Below are positions 37,155-47,092 of a DNA stretch of 64,000 bases, piece after piece (within the stretch, counting starts at the first letter, position 1; every line of letters begins with the position of its first letter). The notes under the pieces were generated by a model. That model was not told the origin of the DNA, made no database searches, and was given only the letters and a program-made list of their open reading frames with translations. The DNA is taken from NCBI GenBank assembly GCA_030600545.1, contig JAUVLV010000007.1, positions 651-64,650 of the forward strand. Reading direction: 5' to 3'. Both the position numbers and the translations under genes were made by a program. This stretch comes from Candidatus Aegiribacteria sp. GTDB taxonomy: Bacteria > Fermentibacterota > Fermentibacteria > Fermentibacterales > JCC-6.

Positions 37155-37981
37155 TATACCTCCAGTTTTTCAAGCATCTTAATGAAATCCTCTTCAGATT
37201 TTTCCCAGATGTTAAGCAGAGTCTCCGCCAGAGGAGTAATGCTGGTTCCTCCGCCTCCGGCTCCTCCCCTGCCGCTGAAAAGCAGTTTCGCGCCAAGCCG
37301 CTGCTCCGCGTCATGCAACAGTATCCAGGCTCTTTTGTATTGAATTCCGGTTTTCTTCGCAGCCTGGAGTATCGAACCTGTCTCACGGACAGCTTTAAGA
37401 AGATCCATTCGCCCCTCACCGAAGAGTGGTTTTCCATGAATGTTCAGCCAGTGCTTGCCGCCGATCGTAATTGGAGAACTGTTTCTAATTTCCATAAATC
37501 CGGGAACAAGCCGGGCGATTTTTTCGGCATTCCCTGCTGAAACCGGGCCCGGGGAAATGAGGTCTGCTTTCTGTTCCAATCCTTCCGCAGACAGTTTCTG
37601 CCCGGATTCTGAACTTATATGAATATGAAAATCAGGATCGAATAAATTAAGAACCGAGTTGCTCTCGAGAATGAGAATATCCGTATCGAACGAAAAGCCG
37701 CCAATAGCGTCTGCAAGTTCGTCTATGGCTGAATACTTGAAGAACATAACCTTTGAAGCGCCGGCTGTACTGTAACGGTCAGTATCTGCACCCGGAGGTC
37801 CCGGGCCGTCGGTGATACCGTCAGGACCGTGCCCCCCATGCGACAGCTTGATACAGGTAACCGTTAATCCGGATGACGTCAGTTCTTTTACGAGGCTTTC
37901 GGCGATCAGTGTTTTGCCGAGTTTTCTGCAATCCGATGAGATGACTACCCTTTTTTTCAAAGCACTCCATCCAAACAACAT
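37154..37981 (-). CDS. Fusion of a MobB-like (degenerate P-loop) domain and a ModE-N-terminal-like winged-HTH domain
   Basis: The N-terminal CRKLGKTLIAESL...CIKLSHGGHGPD...DTDRYSTAGASKV follows the MobB pattern. The C-terminal LLKAVRETGSILQAAKKTGIQYKRAW...GRGGAGGGGTSITPLAETLL follows the ModE N-domain pattern. Confidence 0.6.
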   Translation of the reverse strand: MLFGWSALKKRVVISSDCRKLGKTLIAESLVKELTSSGLTVTCIKLSHGGHGPDGITDGPGPPGADTDRYSTAGASKVMFFKYSAIDELADAIGGFSFDTDILILESNSVLNLFDPDFHIHISSESGQKLSAEGLEQKADLISPGPVSAGNAEKIARLVPGFMEIRNSSPITIGGKHWLNIHGKPLFGEGRMDLLKAVRETGSILQAAKKTGIQYKRAWILLHDAEQRLGAKLLFSGRGGAGGGGTSITPLAETLLNIWEKSEEDFIKMLEKLEV

Positions 37982-38241
37982 TTACGGGTTATACCAATGA
38001 AACATAACGACTGCAGATGTTATGGAAAACTGTCTTATTCTGTTTGGCTGCCTATAGGATTTCAAACGTATAACCTTTTCCTGATGAATAGAGCTTACAA
38101 AACTTAGGTTAGCGGATATGAAATTGTTTATAATGTTGTTTATTGTTCGAATTGGCTGCCATATCAGGATTTTTTGCTCTGAAACAAATAAGGTGAGAAT
38201 CTGTTTAAACCGTTTTCAGTATATCAATAGAGAGGGAATTT

Positions 38242-39991
38242 ATGTTTACAGGATTTTATCGGATATGGGTATTATCAATACTGTGCACTGTTCTGACAGT
38301 TACGCGCATCTCAGCTGAACAGGTTGAAGCGCCTGTTCTTGACAATATGGGCTTCGAGGTTACGGATGCTGACAGCCTTATGCCGCTAAACTGGATCTTT
38401 GAAGGTCCTGGCTACTCCGGGGGTTGTGATTCTCTGGTGGCCTATAATGGGAAACGCTCCTTCAGAATAGACTACATAGACATAGAGCCGGCGGACAACT
38501 ACGGTTTTATTTGCCGATACATTCCTTTCATTACTTGATGCCGCCACAGAACCTGAGAGGCAGCAATCACTCCTGGGTCTGATAGATAATCTTGAACCAG
38601 TCTCAGCCCGTGAATGCTCGATTTCTTCAACTGATGAGATCCGTCTGAGTCCGAATTTCGATTGGATCAGCGGCCCTGAGGTTGGTCCGGAGCTTGCCGC
38701 CGCGCTCTTGAACGTTTACGAGGGGCGTTTTCAGGAGGAACATTACTACGTGAGAGGAACGCCCCATTCCAACTTCAACGAATGCGGGTACGAGGATATG
38801 GCCATCCCTGATACGGGATTCCGGCTTCTGGCCCTGTATCGGTACTGGGGAATCATCGAGTATTACTTCCCGTACCGCTATGCAATTGACGGAGACTGGA
38901 ACGATATACTCAGGGAATACATCCCTGTCTTCGTAGCAGCTGATGATCCGCTTTCCTATCAACTCGCGCTTCAGCAGCTTATTGTAAATGTCGGTGATTC
39001 CCACGCGAAAATTCTGGACGAACCGGACGCTTTGCGGGAATTCTTCGGCAGTTTCTTTACTCCCGTCCGGCTTGCGTATGTAGAAAACCAGTGGGTTGTT
39101 GATGGATTCACCCATGAGTCCGCCCTATCGGCAGGAGTCGAAATCGGTGATGTAGTAACGGCCATTGAAGGTCGACCGATCTCGGAGCGCGTTGAAGAGC
39201 TGTACCCGTATATAAGTGCTTCAACTGAGGGTTCGTTCTACGAGAGACTCGGCAGAAAATTGCTGCGGGGCAACACCGGGACGGTAAATATCAGCGTTCA
39301 GAGGGGCTGTGATACACTGGTTATCACTATGCCCGGGATAGAAGAAGATGATCTGAATATGGACATGGCTAAACGGCCTGCGGCAGGCGATGGCCCGTAT
39401 ACTCTTCTGGACAACAGAACCGGTTACGCTTACGCAGGTATGCTCACAAGAGATGATGTCGAAGGGATGATGGAGGAATTCCAACACACGAACGGGTTGA
39501 TACTTGATCTGCGGGATTACCCGAAAGACTTCGTGTTATACGCTGTGGCAGATTTCATCCTGCCTGAAGAGACAACTTTTGTCCGATTTACATATCCCGA
39601 TTACACTAATCCAGGAACTTTCATCTGGAAAAAGCCTGGTACCGCCGGAAGAGGGGATTCTCCCTACGAAGGCAAAATCGCTATCCTTATCGATGAAGGC
39701 TCCGTAAGTCAGGCTGAGTTCACTGCGATGGCCTGGAGGCTTGCGCCTCAGGCCCGGGTATTCGGCAGCCCGAGTGACGGGGCAGATGGCGACGTGGTAT
39801 TTGTCCGGTTTCCAGGGGGTGTCAGTACCAGGTTCACCGGAATTGGTGTCTACTATCCGGACGGAAGCGAAACGCAAAGGGTGGGAATTCAGCCTGATGT
39901 GCTCGTCATGCCAACTGTCGATGGCTTGCAGACAGGCCATGATGAGGTACTCGAAGCGGCACTGGAGTGGTTGGCTGAACCTCGGGAATAA
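38242..39991 (+). pseudogene. Disrupted S41-family serine peptidase
   Basis: The 5' piece (38242-38538) has a signal peptide and the start of an N-terminal domain, then a stop. The remainder is open in the +1 frame from 38486 and carries S41 motifs (LILDLRDYP, AILIDEGSVSQAEF, FGSPSDGADG). The first in-frame ATG of the 3' part is at 38708. Confidence 0.6.
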
Positions 39992-40048
39992 CCGGTTTCC
40001 CCAGGAGTTGGAACAGCTTGGATATCCTTCCTTTTACCTCATCCCGGA

Positions 40049-41545
40049 TTAGTATTTCAGCAGAATCATCCGCTTTGTGCAATTGAATGAAGATCCTTCA
40101 ATCCTGCAGAAATACACTCCCGGAGTGATAGTATGCCCTCTCCTGTCAGTCCCGTTCCAAATTATGGAATGAGAACCGGTCTCCATTGGTTCATCAATCA
40201 AAGTCGTTACACTTCTACCGTAAATATCGTAGATCGAAAGGGACACCGCTCCATCTACCCCCGATGGAACATCAAAAGCAATTGTTGTTAAATGACTGAA
40301 AGGGTTAGGATAGATGCTGATCCCAGCTGGTTCAGCCACCGTACCGGATCGCGGCTGCGAAACCGATGTCTCAGGACCTAGTTTTATCAGATATATATTG
40401 TATTCCCCGGCATAAAAATCGTACGTACTTCCGGCAACGATAAACCCGCCGTCAGTAGTCAAATCCACCGATCTGCCCCGATCAAGATTTTCTCCTCCTA
40501 CAGTCATTGACCATTCAGTATCACCACTGTCATCCGTTCTTATGAGCCAGACATCAAAATTGCCGGCCCCGATGGATTCAGTGTAACCGGCAACGATATA
40601 CCCTCCATCGCCTGTTTGCAGTACGGAACAGCCGCAATCCTCTTCAGCTCCGCCGAAAGTCTGCGCCCATATGCTTCCACCGTCGCTATCTGTCTTCACC
40701 AGCCAGATATCGTAATCACCTGAACCGTAGGATCTGGTATCACCTGCTATAATGTAACCGCCATCCGCGGTCTGCTGAACCGAATGACTGCGCTCGGTGC
40801 CGGTTCCTCCGAAGGTGTTCGTCCACGATGAATCACCGCTGCTGTTGGTCTTAATCAGCCAGAAATCACTGCTTCCCGCTCCGTAGGAATAGGTATCGGC
40901 AATAACGACGTAACCACCATCAGCGGTCTGCTGAACCGACATACCATTATCGCAATTGTCTATTGTTCCGAATGTTTTTGCCCATTCACATTCTCCATCG
41001 GTATCTGTTTTTACCAGGCAGACATCCCAGTCTCCAGTACCGGAAAGATCCGTCATACCGGTAAGAATGTATCCTCCGTCCGTGGTCTGCTGTACCGATG
41101 TTGCCCAGTCCCAGAATGATCCTCCGAACGTTTTTGTCCAAAGAGTATTGCCTGCGCTATCGGTTCTTATAAGCCAGATATCGAGACCACCCGCTCCATA
41201 GGAACTGGTAGAGCCAGCTATTATGTATCCTCCATCCGTGGTCTGATCCACAGAGAATCCCCGATCCTCTCCCGTCCCTCCGAATGTCTTTGTCCAGAGG
41301 CTATTACCCATATTATCGGTTTTGATGAGCCAGACGTCAAAATTTCCTACTCCGAAGGATTGCGTGTCGCCAACAACGATATATCCGCCATCCGTCGTCT
41401 GCTGAACACACCGCCCGAATTCATAATTACCTCCACCGAAGATTTTCGTCCACTGCACATCCGGCTCTGTCTGGGCTGATGAAAATGACGTTAGAATAAC
41501 TATTACACTGAGTAGAAGCATCTTCCTTTTCTGCATCTTCATCAA
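40049..41545 (-). CDS. Secreted seven-repeat (probable beta-propeller) protein with T9SS/Por-type C-terminal sorting domain
   Basis: Signal peptide. Seven tandem ~52-aa repeats (WTKTFGG...SVQQTxDGGYIxxGxTxSxGAGxxDxWLIKTDxxG). C-terminus IYPNPFSHLTTIAF...LSIYDIYGRSV...GVYFCRI...KRMILLK. Confidence 0.8.
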   Translation of the reverse strand: MMKMQKRKMLLLSVIVILTSFSSAQTEPDVQWTKIFGGGNYEFGRCVQQTTDGGYIVVGDTQSFGVGNFDVWLIKTDNMGNSLWTKTFGGTGEDRGFSVDQTTDGGYIIAGSTSSYGAGGLDIWLIRTDSAGNTLWTKTFGGSFWDWATSVQQTTDGGYILTGMTDLSGTGDWDVCLVKTDTDGECEWAKTFGTIDNCDNGMSVQQTADGGYVVIADTYSYGAGSSDFWLIKTNSSGDSSWTNTFGGTGTERSHSVQQTADGGYIIAGDTRSYGSGDYDIWLVKTDSDGGSIWAQTFGGAEEDCGCSVLQTGDGGYIVAGYTESIGAGNFDVWLIRTDDSGDTEWSMTVGGENLDRGRSVDLTTDGGFIVAGSTYDFYAGEYNIYLIKLGPETSVSQPRSGTVAEPAGISIYPNPFSHLTTIAFDVPSGVDGAVSLSIYDIYGRSVTTLIDEPMETGSHSIIWNGTDRRGHTITPGVYFCRIEGSSFNCTKRMILLKY

Positions 41546-41682
41546 CCTTTCGAGAAAAGTAATTATAATTCAATGTTATAGCACATTTTCGATCTGAAAA
41601 CCACGTTTTCCACATTACTTTCTTTGCAGGAGCAGATGGAAAAACCGAAGATAGGATAGAAAACCTCAGGAGGAATGCTAAG

Positions 41683-43776
41683 TCAGATTTTCAGCACTCC
41701 GAACAAACCGTCACTCAATTCTTTTAAACTGAATGGTTTAGTGATAGTACCCATGAATCCATAGTCAGAATAATCAGACAATACAGGATTGTTTGAGTAA
41801 CCGCTTGATACAATTACCTTAACGTCAGGATCGATTTTAAGGAGTTGTATTATTGCATCCTCCCCTCCCATCCCTCCAGGTATAGTCAAATCCATGATAA
41901 CTGCATCAAAGGGATTATCTGATTCTTCTGCAGCGATATAAGCCTCAATTGCTTCCTGCCCGTCCCGAACGGCAGATGCCTTAAAACCCAGGCTGCCCAG
42001 CATTTCAACAGCAACATTCCTGACCATTTCCTCATCATCCATAACCAGTACCCGGCCCTTGCCGGCCTTTGGGGGTTCTATATCCTTTATTATGATTTCA
42101 GGCTTTTCATTTGTTGCGGGAATATAGATGAAAAATGTTGTACCATGTCCCGGTTCTGATTCAACGGTCATCAACCCATCATGTTTACAGATTATGGAAT
42201 ACGCAGTTGCAAGACCCAACCCGCTCCCTCTGTCCTTAGTTGTGAAGTATGGGTCAAATATCTTCTGAAGGTTTTCTTTGGCTATACCAACTCCCTGGTC
42301 ATTTACAGTTACCATTACATACATTCTATCTTCCAGCGGAAGAGTATGTTCTGTTTTTCCTTCTACATTCTTTGCTTTAATAGTAAGAAGACCGCCATCA
42401 GGCATTGACTGGTGTGCATTGATCGTTAAATTCTCGATGACCTGCCTGAACTGCACCACGTCGATGTTAACAGCCCATAGATCGTCAGGCTGAATGTATT
42501 CAAACCTGATTTTGGTACCGCTTAAAATGAAATTCACGGAATCAGTGATTATCTCTGAAATTGAAGCAGTTGTCCTGAGAGGTGTGCCGCCTCTGGAGAA
42601 AGTAAGAAGTTTCTGAGTCAATCCCTTTGCTCTGTTCGCTGCATCTTCAGCATTATTCAAAAACCTGAGAGCTTCACCTGCCGGATCTGAAAACGTCTTT
42701 GCTATGTTGATATTACCCAGTATCCCGGTCAGTATGTTGTTGAAATCATGAGCGATTCCACCAGCAAGAACACCGATGGATTCTATCCTCTGGATCCTTA
42801 ATTGCTCTTCTTCCATCTTTTTACGTTCAGCAATATCGAGCGCAACGATCTGAACCGCAGCCCTGCCCTTGAAAGTAAAAGGTATGGCTACCATATCTAC
42901 ATCCACAACAGAACCATCGATCTTTTTAAATCTTCTTTCCGTCAGTGGAGTTTCACAATGCTCTTCCAATATTTCGGTTATAAAATCCATCATTGTTTCG
43001 TAATCGTCCGGATGGATAAAATCCTGAAGTTGTTTTCCAATGATTTCGTCGGGATTTTCCGCTCCCAGAAGCTTTATCCCGGCATTATTAGCAAAGTTAA
43101 GTTTATTATCACTGAAAATAAAGATGGATTCCGGTGAAGACTCAACAAGCCTTCGGTACCTTCCCTCGGATTTCAGCAAAGCCTTTTCAGCCTCTTTGCG
43201 TTTGACAATATCGATAAAAACGCTCAGTGAGCTTTCAACTATACTCCTGTCTTTCTCCTCAAAGGGGAAACGGAATATTTTATCCTCGGTCTTATTGCCA
43301 ATTAAGAGCGCAATTCCTTCGTGCCTGTTGAAAGTCCAAAGGATATATGGTGTTTCAATTGCGCTGCAGAGAGTGTCGGCAATAGAGCCCGGTGCTGTTC
43401 CCGAGTTTACAAAAAGGAATTCCGGCACCTTGCCCGGTAACTTGATAACCGGCTTAATGTCCTTTCTTGAACCAGGATCGAACTCTGAAACAAAAGTATC
43501 TGCAGCCTCATCGTATCGAAGAATGAGGATACGATCAGCAGACATGCTGCTCATGATTGCCTGAAAAAAGTGGTTCTCGATACTCTCGATGGAGACGTCA
43601 CTGTTGATCAAATTGTACGTTTTCAGAATAAGCGAATTTATTGTCAGAGATCGTCTGACATCTTTTCGAACTTCAGTGAGTTCCTGTTGTAATCTCAGTA
43701 TCTGTTGGCCGAGTTCATCAGATTGACGGCGATAGTAATCTCTCTCTGCTTTAATATCATTCATAGATCTATCCAT
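41683..43776 (-). CDS. Soluble hybrid sensor histidine kinase (coiled coil, GAF-like, PAS, HisKA, HATPase_c, REC)
   Basis: H-box GGIAHDFNNILTGILG, DQGVGI, GSGLGLA, receiver VLVMDDEE...DLTIPGGMGG. Confidence 0.85.
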   Translation of the reverse strand: MDRSMNDIKAERDYYRRQSDELGQQILRLQQELTEVRKDVRRSLTINSLILKTYNLINSDVSIESIENHFFQAIMSSMSADRILILRYDEAADTFVSEFDPGSRKDIKPVIKLPGKVPEFLFVNSGTAPGSIADTLCSAIETPYILWTFNRHEGIALLIGNKTEDKIFRFPFEEKDRSIVESSLSVFIDIVKRKEAEKALLKSEGRYRRLVESSPESIFIFSDNKLNFANNAGIKLLGAENPDEIIGKQLQDFIHPDDYETMMDFITEILEEHCETPLTERRFKKIDGSVVDVDMVAIPFTFKGRAAVQIVALDIAERKKMEEEQLRIQRIESIGVLAGGIAHDFNNILTGILGNINIAKTFSDPAGEALRFLNNAEDAANRAKGLTQKLLTFSRGGTPLRTTASISEIITDSVNFILSGTKIRFEYIQPDDLWAVNIDVVQFRQVIENLTINAHQSMPDGGLLTIKAKNVEGKTEHTLPLEDRMYVMVTVNDQGVGIAKENLQKIFDPYFTTKDRGSGLGLATAYSIICKHDGLMTVESEPGHGTTFFIYIPATNEKPEIIIKDIEPPKAGKGRVLVMDDEEMVRNVAVEMLGSLGFKASAVRDGQEAIEAYIAAEESDNPFDAVIMDLTIPGGMGGEDAIIQLLKIDPDVKVIVSSGYSNNPVLSDYSDYGFMGTITKPFSLKELSDGLFGVLKI

Positions 43777-44977
43777 TTGTGAATACCGTCAGAACTCCTG
43801 TCCAGTCCAGTGGACGGCTGCGGCCTAGTAGCGGTGCGATCTCCACACCTGAGTAAAAACCCAAAAATGGTATGCTCTCACCTATTATCTTCCTGACGAT
43901 ATCAGCCTCCTCGGTCTCAGAGCCGCTTAAGGCGGAAGCTCTCCCCGCGCAGTCAATATACAGGGCAAATTCCGCATTTCCCAGGTCAATAGTTTCGAGC
44001 AGTTCAGCGGTACCCTTATCAACCGATTCAACCATCAATTGATTATCCCGCGACATTACCTGGACAATATCTCCCTGCTGGAAATCCGCCTCAAAGATCG
44101 TTACAGAACCCTCTTCATGGTTTGAGTCAATAACAAGGCGATTTACATACATCTGTTCATCGAAGGGGGCGTATTGTTCTCCATACTTCTTACCGAGTGT
44201 AACTATGAAAGGGATCTTTGAATTGCATAATTCTTTCGAGTCAATCCCGAGCATCTCGCTGAAAACATCTGTTGCGGGACGACCGTCAAGTTCGTACAGA
44301 ACGGGACCATCGATCCTTGTTATTTCCTTAAATGAACTGATAGGTTTGCAGCCATGCATTATGGTCGTATGTGAAGTAAAAACCTCCGGAAGGACTATCC
44401 CCATGACCGAGTGCTCAACCGCCCTGCGGCCATCGAAAATGAAACTTGGTGAAAATGTAAAATCTCCAACCAGGCCTGAACCAATGATATTCAGAGTATC
44501 TTTATTAAGCTCGGCATATATCCCATCCATCAAAGTGCTTCCCGTATAGAGTACGGGGGGCGGTGTTGATCTAAGGTTGGTGTAAAATATGAGCACGGTG
44601 TCACCTTCGTTCGTCAATTCGTCCAGAGCCAGTCCTATCTCTTTACCCGCCTCGAACTCACCCGCTTTCAAATTATTATTAACCACTACTTCGGGCGCCG
44701 GGGAAGCTGAAGTGAATACGGCAAGGCCACATTCGTAGCCCGTATATCCAAGTGAATCATTCGTAATGATTCCAGCCGTTGCCCCGCCATAAATCGCAAC
44801 ATCACCCAGTTCGGATCTTATTCCCTCAAGAACACTGTCAGCTTCATGCCTGCCGCCGCAGAATGCGAGCACCCAGGAAATGGTTTCCTTGTTTTTGAAT
44901 TGGTTTTTCGCCAGAGCTGCAGCTTCCCGACCAGCTTTTTCGGAATCTGTATCGTGACTGATACCTATGTATGTCAT
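43769..44977 (-). CDS. FIST-domain signal-transduction protein (second copy)
   Basis: The ATG at 44977 follows GAAGGAG. ISWVLAFCGGRH...IYGGATAGII and later FIST_C-like segments. Its stop overlaps the kinase start by 8 nt (ATGGATAG). The ORF-track start at 45088 is probably too long. Confidence 0.65.
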   Translation of the reverse strand: MTYIGISHDTDSEKAGREAAALAKNQFKNKETISWVLAFCGGRHEADSVLEGIRSELGDVAIYGGATAGIITNDSLGYTGYECGLAVFTSASPAPEVVVNNNLKAGEFEAGKEIGLALDELTNEGDTVLIFYTNLRSTPPPVLYTGSTLMDGIYAELNKDTLNIIGSGLVGDFTFSPSFIFDGRRAVEHSVMGIVLPEVFTSHTTIMHGCKPISSFKEITRIDGPVLYELDGRPATDVFSEMLGIDSKELCNSKIPFIVTLGKKYGEQYAPFDEQMYVNRLVIDSNHEEGSVTIFEADFQQGDIVQVMSRDNQLMVESVDKGTAELLETIDLGNAEFALYIDCAGRASALSGSETEEADIVRKIIGESIPFLGFYSGVEIAPLLGRSRPLDWTGVLTVFTNG

Positions 44978-45257
44978 TTTCTCCTTCTTCCAAGCTATTA
45001 TTTCTCTAAAATTAACTGAGGTAAACCCTGACTCATAATAATGTATATGAATCATTCTCGCATAGAACAAATCGCATGCGCTGAGCAATATTCGAGGGTT
45101 TTAAGAGAAGGCTGCTCTTACAACTGATCGTAAGATGTGATTGTCAAAAGATGCCAAGATTGATATACGGGAATTGACTTCTACTAGCCCGACCTGCAGT
45201 GTTTTCAATCAGTATTTCCTTATAGAAAAAATAGCAAATAAAGTGTTGATAGATGAT

Positions 45258-46973
45258 CTATCTGGTGGATTTTCTCCGAAAGTGACCCGGAAGTGATGCC
45301 AGCTGGTTTTTTTTCAGTGATGGTTTCCGGGCTACATAAATCTCTTCGCCAGTTTCCGGATTGATGCCTGTAAGGTACATAGCCGTTGCCATGGTCATGG
45401 GAGTTGGAAGAAAAATCTGAGCCTTTTCAGGCTTCATTCGCTGGCTCCTGAGCTCCGCTGCCGCCCTTTGCATCTGCTTCATGTCGCAGCCCGGAACTGC
45501 AACAAGTATGTATGGTTCAATATACTGTTCCTTGCCTGCTTCTTGTGAAATATCTTCGAAAAGTACTTTGAATCTTCTCCAGAGATCGGGGGATGGTTTC
45601 CGCATCAGTTTCAAAACATCCGGATCGAAGTGTTCAGGGGCAATCTTCAGGTATCCCGATACATTATCCCTTACCAGTTTTTCAATGAAACTCCTGTCCC
45701 TAAGGGCTACATCGTAACGTATACCGCTGGAAACAAAAACATTTCGCACACCAGAGATGTTCGCGACTGCATCAAGAAGTTCGATATACGGACTGTGATC
45801 CGTTCTGAAATTCTCGCAGATATCGGGATACAGGCATGAATATCTTCTGCATTTCTCAAGAATTTCTCCGCCGGTGCAGCCGAGACCGTAAAGATTAGCA
45901 GTGGGGCCACCGAGATCGGTAACTGTTCCCCTGAAATATGGTTTGCATGTAAGCGTTTTTACTTCCCGTAAAACTGAATCTCGGCTCCTGCTGCTTATAA
46001 GTTTCCCCTGGTGCAGTCCCAGAGCACAGAAACTGCAGCCTCCCGCACAGCCGCGAACAACTGTAATCGAATTCTGTATCATACTGAACGAAGGAATCTC
46101 TTCAGTGTAAATCGGATGAGGTTCCCTGGAGTATGGCAGTTCGTATACACTGTCCATCTCATCGGTACTCAACGGATACTGTGGTGGATAGACAATAACA
46201 GCACGGCTGTCGGCCTTCTGAACAAGAGCGGAGCCCGAAAAGGGGCTGATTTCCCGCTCAAGGATCTTTGTCATTCCCAAGAACGAATCTGAATTGCCCG
46301 AAACTTCTTCATGAGAAGGCAGTTCGATGTAGTTATCAAGATCCATTTCGCGAAAGGCTTTTTCGCTGGTGTAAACCGCAGTACCCCTGATTCCGCTGAT
46401 ATCTCTTCCGGACGACAGCGCATCTGCAATAGAGCCCGTCGCCTTTTCGCCCATTCCATACACAAGGATGTTCGCCTTTGTGTCAAGCAGAATTGATTTT
46501 CTGACTTTGTCGCTCCAGTAATCGTAATGACTCAGCCTTCTCAGACTGGCTTCTATACCACCAATCACTATCGGAACACCCGGCATTGTTCTCTGAACAA
46601 GGTTCACATATCTCATCAATGCCCTGTCAGGCCTTTTTCCGGGCTTTCCCCCTTCAGAATAAGCGTCGTTGGATCGGAGCCGATTCAGGGATGTATAGTG
46701 ATTTACCATTGAATCCATGGCACCGGAGGTGATTCCAACGAAAAGCTTCGGAATACCAAGCCGTAGAAATTCTTCCGGTGAAGATATGTCCGGCTGGGGA
46801 ATGATTCCCACTTTGTATCCCATGCTTTCCAGATACCTGCCTATAACGGCCGCTCCGAAGGAAGGATGATCCACGTATGCATCCCCTGTGACCAGGATGA
46901 TATCACAGGAATCCCATCCAAGGGATTCCATCTCTTTTCCCGTAACCGGCAAAAAGGGAACTGCTTCTATCAT
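45258..46973 (-). CDS. ygiQ: YgiQ-family (UPF0313) radical SAM protein
   Basis: 571 aa. N-terminal DIILVTGDAYVDHPSFG. Radical-SAM region RGCAGGCSFCAL. Confidence 0.85.
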   Translation of the reverse strand: MIEAVPFLPVTGKEMESLGWDSCDIILVTGDAYVDHPSFGAAVIGRYLESMGYKVGIIPQPDISSPEEFLRLGIPKLFVGITSGAMDSMVNHYTSLNRLRSNDAYSEGGKPGKRPDRALMRYVNLVQRTMPGVPIVIGGIEASLRRLSHYDYWSDKVRKSILLDTKANILVYGMGEKATGSIADALSSGRDISGIRGTAVYTSEKAFREMDLDNYIELPSHEEVSGNSDSFLGMTKILEREISPFSGSALVQKADSRAVIVYPPQYPLSTDEMDSVYELPYSREPHPIYTEEIPSFSMIQNSITVVRGCAGGCSFCALGLHQGKLISSRSRDSVLREVKTLTCKPYFRGTVTDLGGPTANLYGLGCTGGEILEKCRRYSCLYPDICENFRTDHSPYIELLDAVANISGVRNVFVSSGIRYDVALRDRSFIEKLVRDNVSGYLKIAPEHFDPDVLKLMRKPSPDLWRRFKVLFEDISQEAGKEQYIEPYILVAVPGCDMKQMQRAAAELRSQRMKPEKAQIFLPTPMTMATAMYLTGINPETGEEIYVARKPSLKKNQLASLPGHFRRKSTR

Positions 46974-47092
46974 GATTCCTCTTATTCCTTCCCGACGAAA
47001 GAAGGTACTTTAACCAGGCGGGTATTGACAAGTCCTTCAAAAAAGCGGACACTGGTAGTGAACGGATGTTTACACTGAAGGGAGAAGAAGAA

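Noticed and set aside
38044-38160. 9-bp direct repeat TTGGCTGCC at 38044-38052 and 38152-38160 in the moa/S41 divergent promoter region.
   Set aside because: A single 9-mer repeat in a 260-bp region has roughly a one-in-ten chance of occurring at random. It does not resemble the known ModE operator, and there is no supporting symmetry.
37982-38241. Looked for a Moco/Wco riboswitch upstream of the moa operon (37982-38241), the wtpA operon (18853-19045) and the AOR operon (19974-20138).
   Set aside because: I could not find the conserved CCGAGCC / GGAAAGGC / GCCUCC-type elements as I remember them. Only loose resemblances occur (GGGAAAGACAAGGC upstream of wtpA; CCCGAAGUGCC...GCCUCUGC upstream of the AOR operon). 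A covariance-model scan (Rfam RF01055) would settle this.
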